A stretch of DNA of 64,000 nt, taken from NCBI GenBank assembly GCA_000934665.2, contig KZ538291.1:1-64000 (forward strand), in the 5' to 3' direction. This DNA is from Catajapyx aquilonaris (taxonomy: Eukaryota). Made by a program: the position numbers and the translations under genes. Shown here piece after piece: positions 51,491 to 64,000 of this stretch (position 1 is its first letter; each line of letters begins with the position of its first letter). The notes beneath the pieces were generated by a model. That model was not told the origin of the DNA, did not search any database, and was given only the letters and a program-made list of their open reading frames with translations.

Positions 51491-51574
51491 CTTCTTGGTA
51501 CTCCGGTGTACACTTTACAGTCGAGTGAGTACCCCTTCGAGCGGGTGTCCAATTTTTTCCTTGGAAGACTGCGA

Positions 51575-51614
51575 AAAAGTCTACTCGAATCACGTGCGAT
51601 TTGCCAATCTTGTT
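51575..51614 (-). mobile_element. Isolated terminus of the Helentron-like family
   Basis: aaaagtctactcgaatcacgtgcgatttgccaatcttgtt is the reverse complement of the family end. Confidence 0.7.
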
Positions 51615-52584
51615 TATTTTGCTATGTATTTTTTTAAATATAAATTTGATGTTAACGGCCGGTAGGTGGCTCTGACTGAACAGTTCAAACCCAATTAACC
51701 AACCGGCCATACCGCATGGCATAACTAGCGGCCTGTAACTGCATAAATGGCGACAAAAACTAGGCGTTACTGCAACAATATCTGGCCACCAATATGGGGG
51801 ACCGCTCATAAATTGATATTTTACTTATTGGGTTGTAATTGCTTTTGTGTAATTAATGTAACGTGGTGTGTGTACAAGTGGGCGGGCTGTTTTAGAAGCG
51901 ACACGTCCATTACAAACCCCCTGGAATCAAATGTGCATAATAATAACAATAATATGACCGCGCTAAATTACAGGCATAAATAATGGAGGACTTGTCAGGT
52001 CACGTGAGAGATAATCAGTTTAATTATTATGTTACAATAAAGTGTCAAAACTCGTGATAGTTTCACGTCCGATGGTCCATTAACGCGAATGTGCTCTAAA
52101 AACTATTGTCAACACCTATATAATATTTAAAAAAATATAATGCAAAATTATGGCAATTATTTTATACAATATTTGCACCAGTAATTGTTAATGTTTGAAC
52201 GTTATGACACTACTCATAATAAATGGTGAGAAACGGGCTTATGCAACAATATATTGCATAATTACATACAGATTTTATTCGCATTTTAAATATATTTGTA
52301 TATTTTTCAGATATTTTTTAAAAAAAATGTTTAATATATTTGCAACAATTGTCAGTCTTATTATTTGTAACAATAAACTGAAATGAACGAATGCAACAAT
52401 ATAATTGCATAGTTATACATTATAGATTTTTATTCGCGTTTTAAATATATCCGATAAATCTATTTAGGAAAATTTTTACTACCATATTTAATTTATTTGA
52501 AACCATTGTTGGCGTTTGAACTTGATAAAATTTAACACAATAAATTTAAATTGGCGTATGCAACACAAATGCATAATATTTATA

Positions 52585-52732
52585 CAAGGGGGTAATCACT
52601 CGACTGAAAAGTGTACACTGGAGTACCAAATTCAAGGAGTACCACGGAGTAATAAAGAGTGAGGTGCCTGAGGAGTACCAGGGAGTACCACTCCCAGGTC
52701 TACACCGGAGTACCGAAGTGATTACCCCCTTG
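52585..52732. mobile_element. 148-bp Tc1/mariner-type MITE
   Basis: Perfect 16-bp TIR caagggggtaatcact / agtgattacccccttg, TA TSD, internal ggagtacc repeats; reverse relative at about 51085-51540. Confidence 0.88.
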
Positions 52733-53916
52733 TATTTATACATGATAAATTTTTGTTCGGGTTTAAATTATTTTTTTTGTAAACCTACTTTGAGAAAATA
52801 TTTTTATTGTTGTACTGTAAAATAACTAATATATTACTGCACATTATTAGCCTACACAATAAAATTAATAAAATTACTGTACATTATTGCATAATAAAAT
52901 TAATGAAATTACTGTACATTATTACATAATAAAATTATTAAAATTACTGTACATTATTACATAGTAAAATTATTAAAATTACTGTGGGCTACATTATTAC
53001 ATAATAAAATTAATAAAATTACTGTACATAATATAATACTATATTGATAATTATAATTATTATACAATCAGTTGGCGTGACCTGTCCTTCACTTTTGACA
53101 TACGTTGGATACGCCCCTCCAGCCTTTCCACCACGTGCTCCAAAAACCGCTAATTAATCAAAATTAACCCAATCTGGACCATTTTACCTGTGACTTACCT
53201 CCCAACCAAGCCCATTACAGTGAGTTAGGTGGCACGCAACATGGTTACACTCCAAATTTTGGCTCCCCCATCCGTGATAGGCCATTTCGCGTTTTTTTGA
53301 GGGGATCCAAAAAAAGAGAGTCATGTCCAGAGAAACATTGTTGCTCGCAGGCAAATGCCCGTTATGATTCGATTATTGTCGTCCCTAGGGGGGCCTTCCA
53401 AGCTCGAACCCATTAAAATACACGCCCGGAGCCCAGGGGCGATAAGGGTTGGTTACTATTTGAAGCTCTAGTAGTGTTACGCATTATCATAGTCCATTTA
53501 ACTGCACTGCGGGTATGCGGTCCTAAATTAAGCCCATTTTGTTGGATAAAAGACAAACACTTGTTATTCGCATCTGATTCGGAGAGATTGTGGTGTTTGA
53601 AAAGCTGAGAGTGTCTTTTGACTCACCCTGTATCGGTCATGTGTTCAACTTCAAGTGAGGTTAGGCTTACTTAACCTGAGGGAACCTAGCTGTTGGGAAT
53701 AGTAGTGCGAAATAGGGCAAATGGATATATCTACGATATTATTGTAATAAGATATAGAAAGTGCAAATAAATAGTTAATAAGTACATAATTATGTTATGA
53801 ATATTTACAATATCAGTATGTAAGTAATAACTCACGTGTAATATGTGTAGTGACCACGTAAGAAAATAAGTATATTAAATAAAATTTAATATCGAAAAAA
53901 TATATATAACAATATA

Positions 53917-54123
53917 CAGGGTGGTCAAAGTTCAAGTGTCGTTTTATAACGGCGATTAATAGAAGCGCTTAACGATGACGTAGCAGCTACGTGTAAAATT
54001 GCCCACTTCGATTGCGCCGAAGATGCGCCGAAGTGGGACATTTTAGGCGTCGCTGCTACGTCATCGCAAAATCACTGCTATTAATCGCCGTTATAAAACG
54101 ACACTTGAACTTGGACCACCCTG
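53917..54123. mobile_element. 207-bp palindromic Tc1/mariner-type MITE
   Basis: 46-bp TIR cagggtggtc(a/c)aagttcaagtgtcgttttataacggcgattaatag with one mismatch, TA TSD; interior also self-complementary. Confidence 0.93.
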
Positions 54124-55654
54124 TATAATAATTATGACAAAATAAAATACCACTTTATTAAAATAAATGACATAACATTGAAAACCCATATTATATAGCA
54201 GTGAACAAATATAATCACTAAATCACGATGAATTAAATGTATCAATAAAAATTAAAATGCATTAAAATTAATGTATGAATAAATATAAAACGATTAAAGA
54301 TATTAAAATAAAATGAGCAAATATGTTGAACAACCGGTATATAAGTAATAAAATAAAATGAACAAAATAAAATATAATCATTATAAATTTATAATGCATT
54401 TATATTTATTTCGTTGTGCGTATTAAATATTTTCAGCGTTGTTTTCATAATAATTTTGTTCATTTTATTTTAATGCTATTAATGAGATAAATCTTTATGA
54501 AATTAATAAATGTGCAATAAATCAGCAAATGTAGAAATAAATACGTACGATTAGCAGACACAAGAGTTACTTAACTACTGTAAAGTACAGGATTACATGT
54601 TGAATATTACTTTGACTGGTATTACAATCCCAACTACTTTTACCAAGCCCCCTTTTGGAGTTCTGTGAAACTAAAAAAAGAGCGAGGCCGGTGTTCATCC
54701 ACAGGAATAGTGATATGCCAGGACTGGAATAATGTTTTTGAAACCAGGCTAAGGGTGGAGATGATTATTTCGTATTCAAATTGCGTTATCTTCCCAACCA
54801 CTACTTTTTTTTACCCCCCTCCTCTTTTCTTTTTCGGCAGAAGCTGAGCCCGGATTTTTGCAGAAACATCTACCGCCAAATGTTTGAGAGTCAAATTTTT
54901 TGGAGGGTGAGGGAAGAGGCTATGGGAGGGACTATATGGGGGGTAGGGAAATCAATGCCAACTTGGCTGTTTTCCGACCCCCTGCAGCCTACTGCATAGA
55001 ATTTTTTCAAAAAAAAAAAAGTTTTGAGCATTTTTTTTTGTATGCCGAACCTGCCGCGTTACCTGTTAAAAAAGGGGGCGCCATTTTTGTTCTCTCTCTT
55101 GGGAAAAAGAGCCTCAGGTTACCCCCCTTTTTTCCAAAAAAAGGGAGCCCTAATCTCTAGGCCCATTAGTACAGTATAACACAAAAGAAGGTAGAAGAAA
55201 AATACCTTGAAGAGAAGGAGCTTTCCGGTTTTTCTTTTGAGAAATGCAAACCCCCTTCACATCTTGACCCACTTTTTTCGCGTCTCATTACATAAAGGCA
55301 AGGGGTTGCGTAATTGAATTTGTATTTTCATTAGAAACTTCTACTCTTTTTTTGAAAAGTGAACCTGTTATGTGAATTGGAGGTAACATTATAGAACACT
55401 GTGTTTTCTTCAGAAAATTGAGTTCACAATTTTTATTCGTTTTTATTAGAACTGTTTTCTCAAATAAATGAGTTTTTGTCCAATATAATTTGCTGGGAAA
55501 ATCACCCAACATTACCGTACATAAAGGGACGACTGGGACGAATTTTGGTTATTATATAGGATAAGTTAATTTTATACTTTGATTTTTATTATATATTTTA
55601 TTTTTGCGTAATTTACTTTATAATGTATTTTTCACATTTTATTTTATAGTGTTT

Positions 55655-55795
55655 TCTACATAATTTATTTTTAACGTTTATTACATAATTTATTTTTAAC
55701 GTTTATTACATAATTTATTTTTAACGTTTATTACATAATTTATTTTTAACGTTTATTGCATAATTTATTTTTAACGTTTATTACATAATTTATTT
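55655..55795. repeat. 25-bp AT-rich minisatellite
   Basis: ttacataatttatttttaacgttta about x5. Confidence 0.9.
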
Positions 55796-56889
55796 TGAAC
55801 ATAATTATATTGCACAATTTATGTTAAAATGTATCTTACAAAAAATTTACCCGACTTATTTTATAATGTATTTAACACCATTTATTTTACTTTATTTGTT
55901 TTATTCTTAAATAAATTGTTTTACACAATATTTATTTTCGAATTAATTTTACACAATATTTATTTTCTAATTCATTTTTACACTGTTTATTTTCTAATTC
56001 ATTTTACACAATTTATTTCTAATTTATTTTCTAATAATTTATTTGCGATTTGTACGTTGCATTATTTATAATGTCCTTGTATAACAATTAATTGCACCAC
56101 CGACTGTTATTTAATTTAAGCTACATTGCCCTGTGAAATTAGAATAATTATTCAACAATTGGATTAATCCAACAGTCATCATTAAATTTACCTCAAAATT
56201 CTCGTTTTTTGAGCTTTTTTAACGCCATGAGCGGAAATAATTAGCAGGCCAAGTTTCCTTCCTGTGGGTGGAGCCACATCCTTTCTAAACAATATTTCCT
56301 AGCGGTTCATTGGGCCAAATTTTTTAATTAGCCTAAAAATCTCCATACAAAAAATTCTGCCCCCTTATTAGCGCCCTCTATTTTGAAAAAAAAAAAAACG
56401 TTTTAGCTTCCTATTAGTGGTACTGACCCATAAAAATAGCTAGCAACTTTCCGCCATATTGAACCCAAAACTGTGGGATTGAAATCCCTGGGAGGCATCG
56501 AATTTTGCACCATGTGTTAAATCGGGCGTTGGATAGATGTGGGGGGTGGAGAGGTGGGGAGGATTTTATCCCCCCTCTTCCCCCCCCCCCCCACTTTCCT
56601 CCACCCCCCACCCTGCGAGGATTAGCGTCGTCCAAGTGCATCCTAGCGTTCAATTCAGGGGTCGTCTCGCTCAAAATGATTCGCAACAAACTGTGAAAGT
56701 TATTGACTTCCGATTATTTTTCTACCACCACCCGGATGATCATATGCAGAGTCGGATCATCTCTTGGAATGTGCGGAATGCTATTGGTTCCAGAGTCTGT
56801 CCGGGACACTAACAGAATGTGGGACAGTCCAAGCCAGCCATGTATTGAGACGATCAACAAATATTTGGAAGAGAAAATGATTGAGTGAA

Positions 56890-57800
56890 ATCAGGTTAGG
56901 TTAGATCAGGTTAGATCGAGAAAGGTCAAGTCAGGTCAGGGCAGTTCGAGTAAGGTTAAGTTAGGTCAGGTTGGGACACGTAAGGTTAGCACCTGACTTG
57001 AACTTACTCGACATAACCTAACCTTACGTGTCCCAACACGACCTAACTTAACCTTACTCGAACTGACCTGAAAGTAAGGATGTAAGGGAGTAAGGGACAT
57101 GTAAGGTTAGGTTATGTTGAGTAAATTCAGGTCATGTAAGGTTAGGTTATGTTGAGTAAATTCAGGTCATGTCAGGTCATTTTGAGTAAGGTTAAGTTAG
57201 GTCTGGTTGTTACACGTAATGTTAGGTCATAGCGAGTAAATTCAGGTCAAATTGAGATGCGTAAGGTTAAGTTATGTCGAATAAAGGTCAGGTCAGTTCG
57301 AGAAAGATCAGGTCAGGTTGGGACACGAAAGGTTAGGTTATGTCGAGTAAGGTCAGGTCAGGTCATTTTGAGTGTGAATAAGTTAGGTCAGGTTGGGACA
57401 CGTAAGGTTAGGCTATGTCGAATAAGGCCAGGTAAGGTCAAGCAATTTTGAGTAATGTTAAGTGAGGTTGGGTTGGGACACGTAAGGTTAGGCTATGTCG
57501 AATAAGGCCAGGTAAGGTCAAGCAATTTTGAGTAATGTTAAGTGAGGTTGGGTTGGGACACGTAAGGTTAGGTTATTTCGAGTAAGGTCAGGTCAGGTCA
57601 GGCCCTTTTGAGTAAGGTAACGTAGGGTCAGGTTGGAACGAGTAATGTTGGGCCAGGTTAGACCAGGTCGAGTAAGGTTATGCTAGGTTAGATCATGTTT
57701 GCTAAGGTTATAGATTAGGTCAGGTCAGTTCAAGTAAGGTTATGCCAGGTTAGATCATGTTTACTAAGGTTAGATTAGGTCAGGTCAGTTCGAGTAAGAT
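56890..57800. repeat. Degenerate TTAGG/TCAGG-based satellite with an internal inversion (~56990-57070)
   Basis: ggttaggtcagg units with higher-order repeats (ttgggacacgtaaggttagg); the inverted segment reads cctaaccttacgtgtcccaa. Confidence 0.85.
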
Positions 57801-58635
57801 TATATCGCATAAAATTAAATCAGGTTCACATTTGACTCAGATTTGAGTCAAGATTTAAATCAACATCTTGATGCCATATCATTTATCATCCTTGCAGCCA
57901 TACCCTGACTCTTGAACAGATCAATTGCGAAAATAGAGCGAACAAAACTCTAGTATCCAATCCAACAAGACTTATTGGAAAGACACAGGGATTGGCCTCC
58001 TTTTTTTCTCCACCTTCTTCACAATCTCCTTCTTCTTCCCCCATTTTCTCCAAACCTGCTGCTGTTGCCTCCAATTTACAAAAGTGGAGGACTTGCAATC
58101 GGCTGCTTGCAACCGCCTTGGGGAATTCCCGGCTGCCTATAAACGATTTGTAAAACTCGGGAGGTTTTCTATTAGGCAACGAATTTATTACATTCCTCGC
58201 CTTACATAACTTTGCACTTTAGGACATTCTTACCACCCTCCCACTGCTTGGTACAGCCCTTCCAAACTGCAGATTAGACCAGGAGCTGATACATTTGGAA
58301 TCAAGTCGATGGCTTGGCTTGGAAAAGGTTGCTAGAGACGTGTATGGGGCTGGTTGGGAGCCTATGAAGGCTATATGAAACGTCTGAGAGTCAGATATAA
58401 CGATATTCAGATTATTAGGATAATATCGTTATTCAGCTTATTTGGTGTATCAGATATACAGTAAGTATTAATATTATGATTATTTCGTAATATGAAATGT
58501 CAATATTAAGATTATTTTGACGTATCAGATACGGCCATATTGATATGATTAGAATCATCAGATACAGCATGTCGATATTCAGATATATGGCTGGCTGATA
58601 CATCGATATCCTGAGTTTAAGGGTATGCCATATGT

Positions 58636-58666
<31 letters not shown>

Positions 58667-59941
58667 ACAAACTTTTTGATGCATCACGTGCAGGAAGTAT
58701 TGATATTATGATTATTTCCTAATAAAAATATCTATATACAGATTTTCCGACATATCAGATATGTCGATATTCATATTATTTCGATAAGATATATCAAGTA
58801 CGGTATGGCTATATTCATATTATTTCGATACATTCGGTATGGCTATATTCATATTATTTCGATGTAATACCTTATATCGAAATATTCGAAATAATAAGAA
58901 ATCATGTTGAAAATAATATTATTTCGATACAAGCTACTCTAATATATCGAAATAATCATAATATTGAAGAATTTCATTGAATAATTGAAGTATAATCAGA
59001 ATATGTTGGTATGTAACGTGCTTATCGCTCGTATCCAACCGCATTTTAAACCCCATACATCTCTCTTCCCTTCCCATAAAACCGAGCATTTTGGGACCAC
59101 AAAAGCAGTTCGATTTTATCTTCCTCCCCCTCCCCCCTCCAAAAAAACCCCTTCCTTTTTTCCTACCCATCCCCATCAGGAACAAAAAGAAACATGTCCC
59201 TTAACCGGACAGAAGACGTCCGACCTAACGAATGTCTCCCCCAACTTGTTCAGTGTATGCGACCGACATTGGCCGCATACAAATGCAGCCTTTCCAACAA
59301 TGAAGATGAGGGGATGGGGGGGGGCCTGTTCCTTCCTCCTGTCAGCTGAAGAACAGCGCCCTCTTTTCCACCCCAAAAAAATAAGGAAGATACGAATTAC
59401 CCTGTCCTCCAGAGAGGCACAATTGTAATTTCCCTGGTCCTTTTGTCAAAGCCATTGCTTGCACCGCACAATAAACAGCGCCCTCTATGATATCAGGGGG
59501 GGGGGGGGAATCCCCGCTCTTAAAAAAGGTCAGTGATTAACACCCTCTCTTCAGGGGTCATTAAATCAAAAAGGGGGTGAAGATTACAGGGGAGGCCATG
59601 GAATTAATGCTTTATGGTGGTAGCATTTTGGAATATTCTCATGAGCTCGTAGAAATATGCATCATATGTACAGTACTGGACATTAATTATGTACTTGTAG
59701 CGCCATGAGCCGTTGGCGACAAAAGAGAGAATCGAAATTTTCCCTCTGTATGACCACCTTCACTCGATTTATGATCAAGTGAAGGCAGCAGATGGTACAT
59801 TTCCATTCGCTCTTTTCCGCCATGCCTCGTGGCGCCACCAGTACGACAACATTAATGTCCATCACTCTACATATCCAATCTTTCTAATCCAATAAAGTTT
59901 ATACAGGTGTTCCAGGTTCATGGGGCCCTTTAAAATAGTTA

Positions 59942-60348
59942 TTAGATTTTTTCGAGCGAAACTGTCTTATAGAGCGGTTCTGTCTGTCTGTCTGTTTGTG
60001 GACAGGTATCAGACAGACAGACAGCCGTGCGATAAGACTTTTTCAATTTTCGTGTTTCGGGTTCACTCTATCCGCCATTTCCCTTTGACCACCCAGTCCC
60101 CCTACCGCCCCCTCCACAGATCACCCTTCCCACTCCCTCCTCCTACCCCATGATACATGATACCTGTCAACAGACGGACGGACGGACAAAGCCGTGCTAT
60201 AAGACTTTTTCGATGGACGAGAGAATGTATTTAAAAGGGAGTTTTCTAGGATAGATTTTTTAAAGGGGAAAGGGACGGTGGGGGGGACAATAGAAGTAAA
60301 CATGAAAAGTCTACTCAAATCACGCTGACGTGATTTGCCAATCTTGTT
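59942..60348 (-). mobile_element. DINE-1/Helentron-like element, copy 4 (rearranged, extra microsatellite blocks in opposite orientation)
   Basis: (ctgt)n..gtggacaggtatc, ggttcactctatcc and terminal aaaagtctactcaaatcac..gtgatttgccaatcttgtt; plus-strand cagacggacggac..ataagactttttc inside. Confidence 0.7.
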
Positions 60349-60911
60349 ATAAGAAATTTCGCTCAAGCTTGTTGTGCCCTAATCAGTTGTCCTATTCTAC
60401 AGCCACTGCTATATTCGACAACCTGGTAGTACCAGTACTGAGGCACCTGGATAACAAGCAACATAAAAATAACTACTTCGGACGATATTAGTGATTACTA
60501 AAAACGACCCATAAACTTACAACAACCAATATACGAAAAAATTGTTAGAAGTTACGAACCAGATTTCCTGCAAGGTTGGCACTATCAATGATCGCTAGTA
60601 AGCTTTCTGAACTTATTTCCAACGCTACTCTTGGGGAGGACGATATGGCCGTGTGGGTACCCTGACAACTGGCTGCCGTGCCATTGGGCTGCGGGTCATT
60701 TGGATTCTGCCATTTAGTTGCGGGCCCACGGCAGCCAATTGTCCGGCAGCCAAAAATCGTATATTCGCCGTGTGCGACGTTTCTAAGGTTTTTGAACGTA
60801 CACCTTTATAGAGGCTACAATGTGGATTATGGCATCAACTCTGGCAATGTTGTCAGAACAAGAAGCTGCGCGAATGTGGGTGCGCACTCGTTTTCGATTG
60901 TTAACATTAAA

Positions 60912-61384
60912 TAGGGCTGTGCGATATTTCGATACATCGACTCTGTCGATACGACATTTTCCTAATATCGAAGTTGCGATATCCGACGCTTGGCATGTGC
61001 GATGTATCGAATGTCGCGATGTCGGTTTTCGATATTTTTCGATATCGGTTTTCGATGTCGGTTTTTCGATATTCGATATATCGACTTCGATATTTTTCGA
61101 TTTTCGATATGTCGACTTCGATTCGATATTTTTCGATGTCGGATTTCGATTTCGGTTTTTCGAGTTTCGATATATCGACTTCGATATTTTTCGATGTCGG
61201 TTTTTCGATTGTCGGTTCGATGTAGGTTTTCCGATATTCGATATATCGACTTCGATATTTTTCGATGTCGGTTTTTCGATTGTCGGTTCGATGTCGGTTT
61301 TCCGATTTTCGATATATCGACTTCGATTCGACATTTTTTGAGTATCGAAAGTCGATATTCAAATTCGGATATCGCACAGCCCTA
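60912..61384. mobile_element. hAT-type MITE with CGAT-rich interior, copy 2
   Basis: Perfect TIR tagggctgtgcgatat / atatcgcacagcccta; 8-bp TSD acattaaa / acattcaa; interior homologous to 51161-51490 with more repeat units. Confidence 0.92.
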
Positions 61385-62394
61385 ACATTCAATTATTCTA
61401 CCACATGACCTCACACCCCTTAACTCCCAACTGTTTTATCCGTCCTCATCTCCCTGCCGGACATGGCGTGCTAAAGGTCTATAAATCCTATCCTCCTCCC
61501 CATAGTCCTAACCTCCTTTCTTATTCAGCTATATCTTCCGGCCGGAACACAATTTTTAAGTCCGACGTCCTCGTTTTTCTAACCGGTTTTTTCTTAGTCT
61601 TGGTCTTCCTTGGGGAAAAGGAGGAGGAAGCAGCTTCCTGCAACCGGATAGCTGTCATGGTCCCAAGTAGTACAGCACATAGCATTGGCTCTTTTTCTTG
61701 AGGCTTTCTGTTCCTTCTTGGGTCCTGATCCTCCTTAGAAGGACGGAAAAAAACCTCCAAAGCTTTTATCCAGGTCCTTGTTTCCTTGTTCTTTCTCAAA
61801 TAGGATTAGTCTGTTTCGACTCCAAAAGGCTTCTCCCCGATGCGGTACGGTCAGGCGGATCGCCGCAGAAACCAAGTACAATTCGATGGAAGAGTGAACA
61901 AGAAGTCAGGTGTTTGGCCAGGGAGGCTGATGGCGAAGAGGTGATCAGAAGTAGAAAAGGTGAAAAATATGGTGAAAAGTTGTGAAAAATAATACAGATA
62001 CTTCTTGATAGATGCTATCAGGCGATATCAGTTATCATGAAGTGATCCCCATAACTAGGAACACCCTGTATTTTACTCGAATTATTTTTCACCTTTTCAC
62101 TCCTTCTGATAAGCTCTTCGACATCAGCCTCCTGTACTAATTCCTGTAATAATTCAAGTAAAATACATAGGGTGTTCCGAGTTCTTCATAGCTGCTATTG
62201 GGCGATATCAAGAAGTTATCCCCGAACTTGGACCACCCTGTGAATTTTTGGCTTCACTTTCACCACTTTTCACCACTTTTCACCACTTTTCACCACTTTT
62301 CACCAACTTTTTCACCTTTTCACTCCTTCTGATCAGCTCTTCGCCATCAGCATTCCTCTGTACCTCCTGGCTTTGATAATGATGGCGAAGAGCT

Positions 62395-62617
62395 CTGTCG
62401 TTAGATAGGAGAGGATCGTAACTCAATGTCCACTTCCCCTTGCGGCGAGATTAAAAGCAGTGGTACCAAAAGCACCCAACAGGTGGAGTTGGGGTGCCGT
62501 TCCTTTTTCCCCCTTCCCCAAACGCCACCTCTTGGATGCTTTCGGTAACACTTGCTATCTTTTCTCGCCGCAAGGGAAGTTGATAATGAGTTACGGTCCT
62601 CTCACATCTGACGGCAG
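62395..62617 (-). mobile_element. 223-bp MITE with 4-bp TSD (AGCT), copy 2
   Basis: Reverse complement of 12307-12529 with few substitutions; agct on both flanks. Confidence 0.9.
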
Positions 62618-62944
62618 AGCTTATCTGAAGTAGTGAAAAGGTGAAAAATGTGGTGAAAAATAGTTGGAATAATAATAATAATTAGGTAAAATATACTGGA
62701 AAAGGTCAGGAAAACAACATGATAATACAAGGATCAAGGCCAGAGGGAGGCTATGGCGAAGAGCCAATCAGAATGAGTGAAGATGTGACAATTAGACAAT
62801 ACTTGAAAATATCAGGTCAACAATAGGATGAGGCTCGAAAGAATAGCGATGAGTACCTGACAATACAAGGATCTAAGGATCAGTGGGGCTCGGAAAGGAT
62901 CAAGTGAATCAGATAAAGATCATAAGGTCAGGTTGAGTCACGGA

Positions 62945-63335
62945 GCCTTGAGTAACTCACGTTGCCTTGAGTAACTCACGTTGCCTTGAGTAACTCACGT
63001 TGCCTTGAGTAACTCACGTTGCCTTGAGTAACTCACGTTGCCTTGAGTAACTCACGTTGCCTTGAGTAACTCACGTTGCCTTGAGTAACCCACGTTGCCT
63101 TGAGTAACTCACGGAGCCTTGAGTAACCCACGTTGCCTTGAGTAACTCACGGAGCCTTGAGTAACCCACGAAGCCTTGAGTAACGCACGGAGCCTTGAGT
63201 AACTCACGGAGCCTTGAGTAACTCACGGAGCCTTGAGTAACTCACGGAGCATTGAGTAACTCACGGAGCCTTGAGTAACTCACGGAGCCTTGAGTGACCC
63301 AAGCATAGTATGCTCGGGTCATTCAAAGCTCCGTG
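62945..63335. repeat. 19-bp palindromic-unit minisatellite (gccttgagtaactcacg-tt/ga) ending in a 27-bp-arm hairpin
   Basis: About 18 units, each containing TGAGT-A-ACTCA; 63281-63335 folds back on itself. Confidence 0.92.
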
Positions 63336-64000
63336 GGTTGAGTGTCCGTTCCGACATTTGACCCCAATTTTGACTAATAATATTAATGACTAACAATGAC
63401 ATTGTACCATCATTTGACATCATACACCGCAGTCAGTCCACAAATTATATCAAAGTGCTATCCCCCCAAAATGTGATCAATATTAATCACTCAAAACTAT
63501 TCGCTCAAATGAAGAGAAGCCATTTTCTGCAACGAAAATTTTACCGTCCTAATTAACCCGTGTTACGATTTCCCCTTAATGAATTCCTTTATGAATCCTG
63601 CTCATTAACTCACCGCTCATTTTAATTCCGGACCGTTAGTTCCCAACGGTCACTCCAGACGACCAATCATAATCATGGATCAACCCTAGCTGAAGGAACG
63701 ACTAAAACCTGTTGCAGTTCCTGTCATACATTGTCAAAGTTTGGGACCTAACTAATTGATTTCTCCGTTTGATCAGGATCAACCAACTGGATCTGGACTT
63801 GGCTTAATTAGGCCTAGGAGTATGTGGAAGGGTTTTCGTTAATCAAAAATGGCGTATGTGAGTGGATGTGTTTTGTTTTCAATTGAATACAGTTCTCTGG
63901 ATACAAAATGGGATCCTGGAATCATTCAATGGTGGATCCTAAAAGGGGAATGGAGATCATTATTCGAGGATTAATTTCAATGATTGGTGTACCGGTGATT

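Noticed and set aside
51087..51809. 240-aa ORF and overlapping ORFs in several frames
   Set aside because: Open frames come from the stop-poor CGAT repeats of the hAT MITE; no domain similarity
60783..61392. Multiple 130-183-aa ORFs
   Set aside because: Same MITE repeat artefact
62945..63300. CRISPR-like array of palindromic repeats
   Set aside because: Units are directly adjacent with no unique spacers, no cas genes are present, and the context is eukaryotic

Overview
Repeat-rich eukaryotic genomic DNA, most likely arthropod (TTAGG-type repeats, Deu/Nin-like tRNA SINE, Dpr-family exon). It is not prokaryotic, and no operon or CRISPR array is present. The only coding segment I can support is one 170-bp internal exon (12819-12988, +) of a Dpr-family neuronal Ig cell-surface gene (dpr7-like), with canonical splice sites. 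The rest looks like its very large introns. These are filled with nested non-autonomous mobile elements: three tRNA-derived SINE families with intact TSDs and related 3' tails, DINE-1/Helentron-like elements, hAT MITEs (8-bp TSD), Tc1/mariner-type MITEs (TA TSD), a 4-bp-TSD MITE family and foldbacks. Many minisatellites lie among them, with unique segments between. Almost all ORFs in the supplied track are artefacts of these repeats. I found no evidence of a new protein-based system. The most interesting signals are the modular SINE set sharing one tail, an in-cis filled/empty insertion site, CTCF-like motifs around the exon and in small hairpins, and DRE-octamer-dense blocks.
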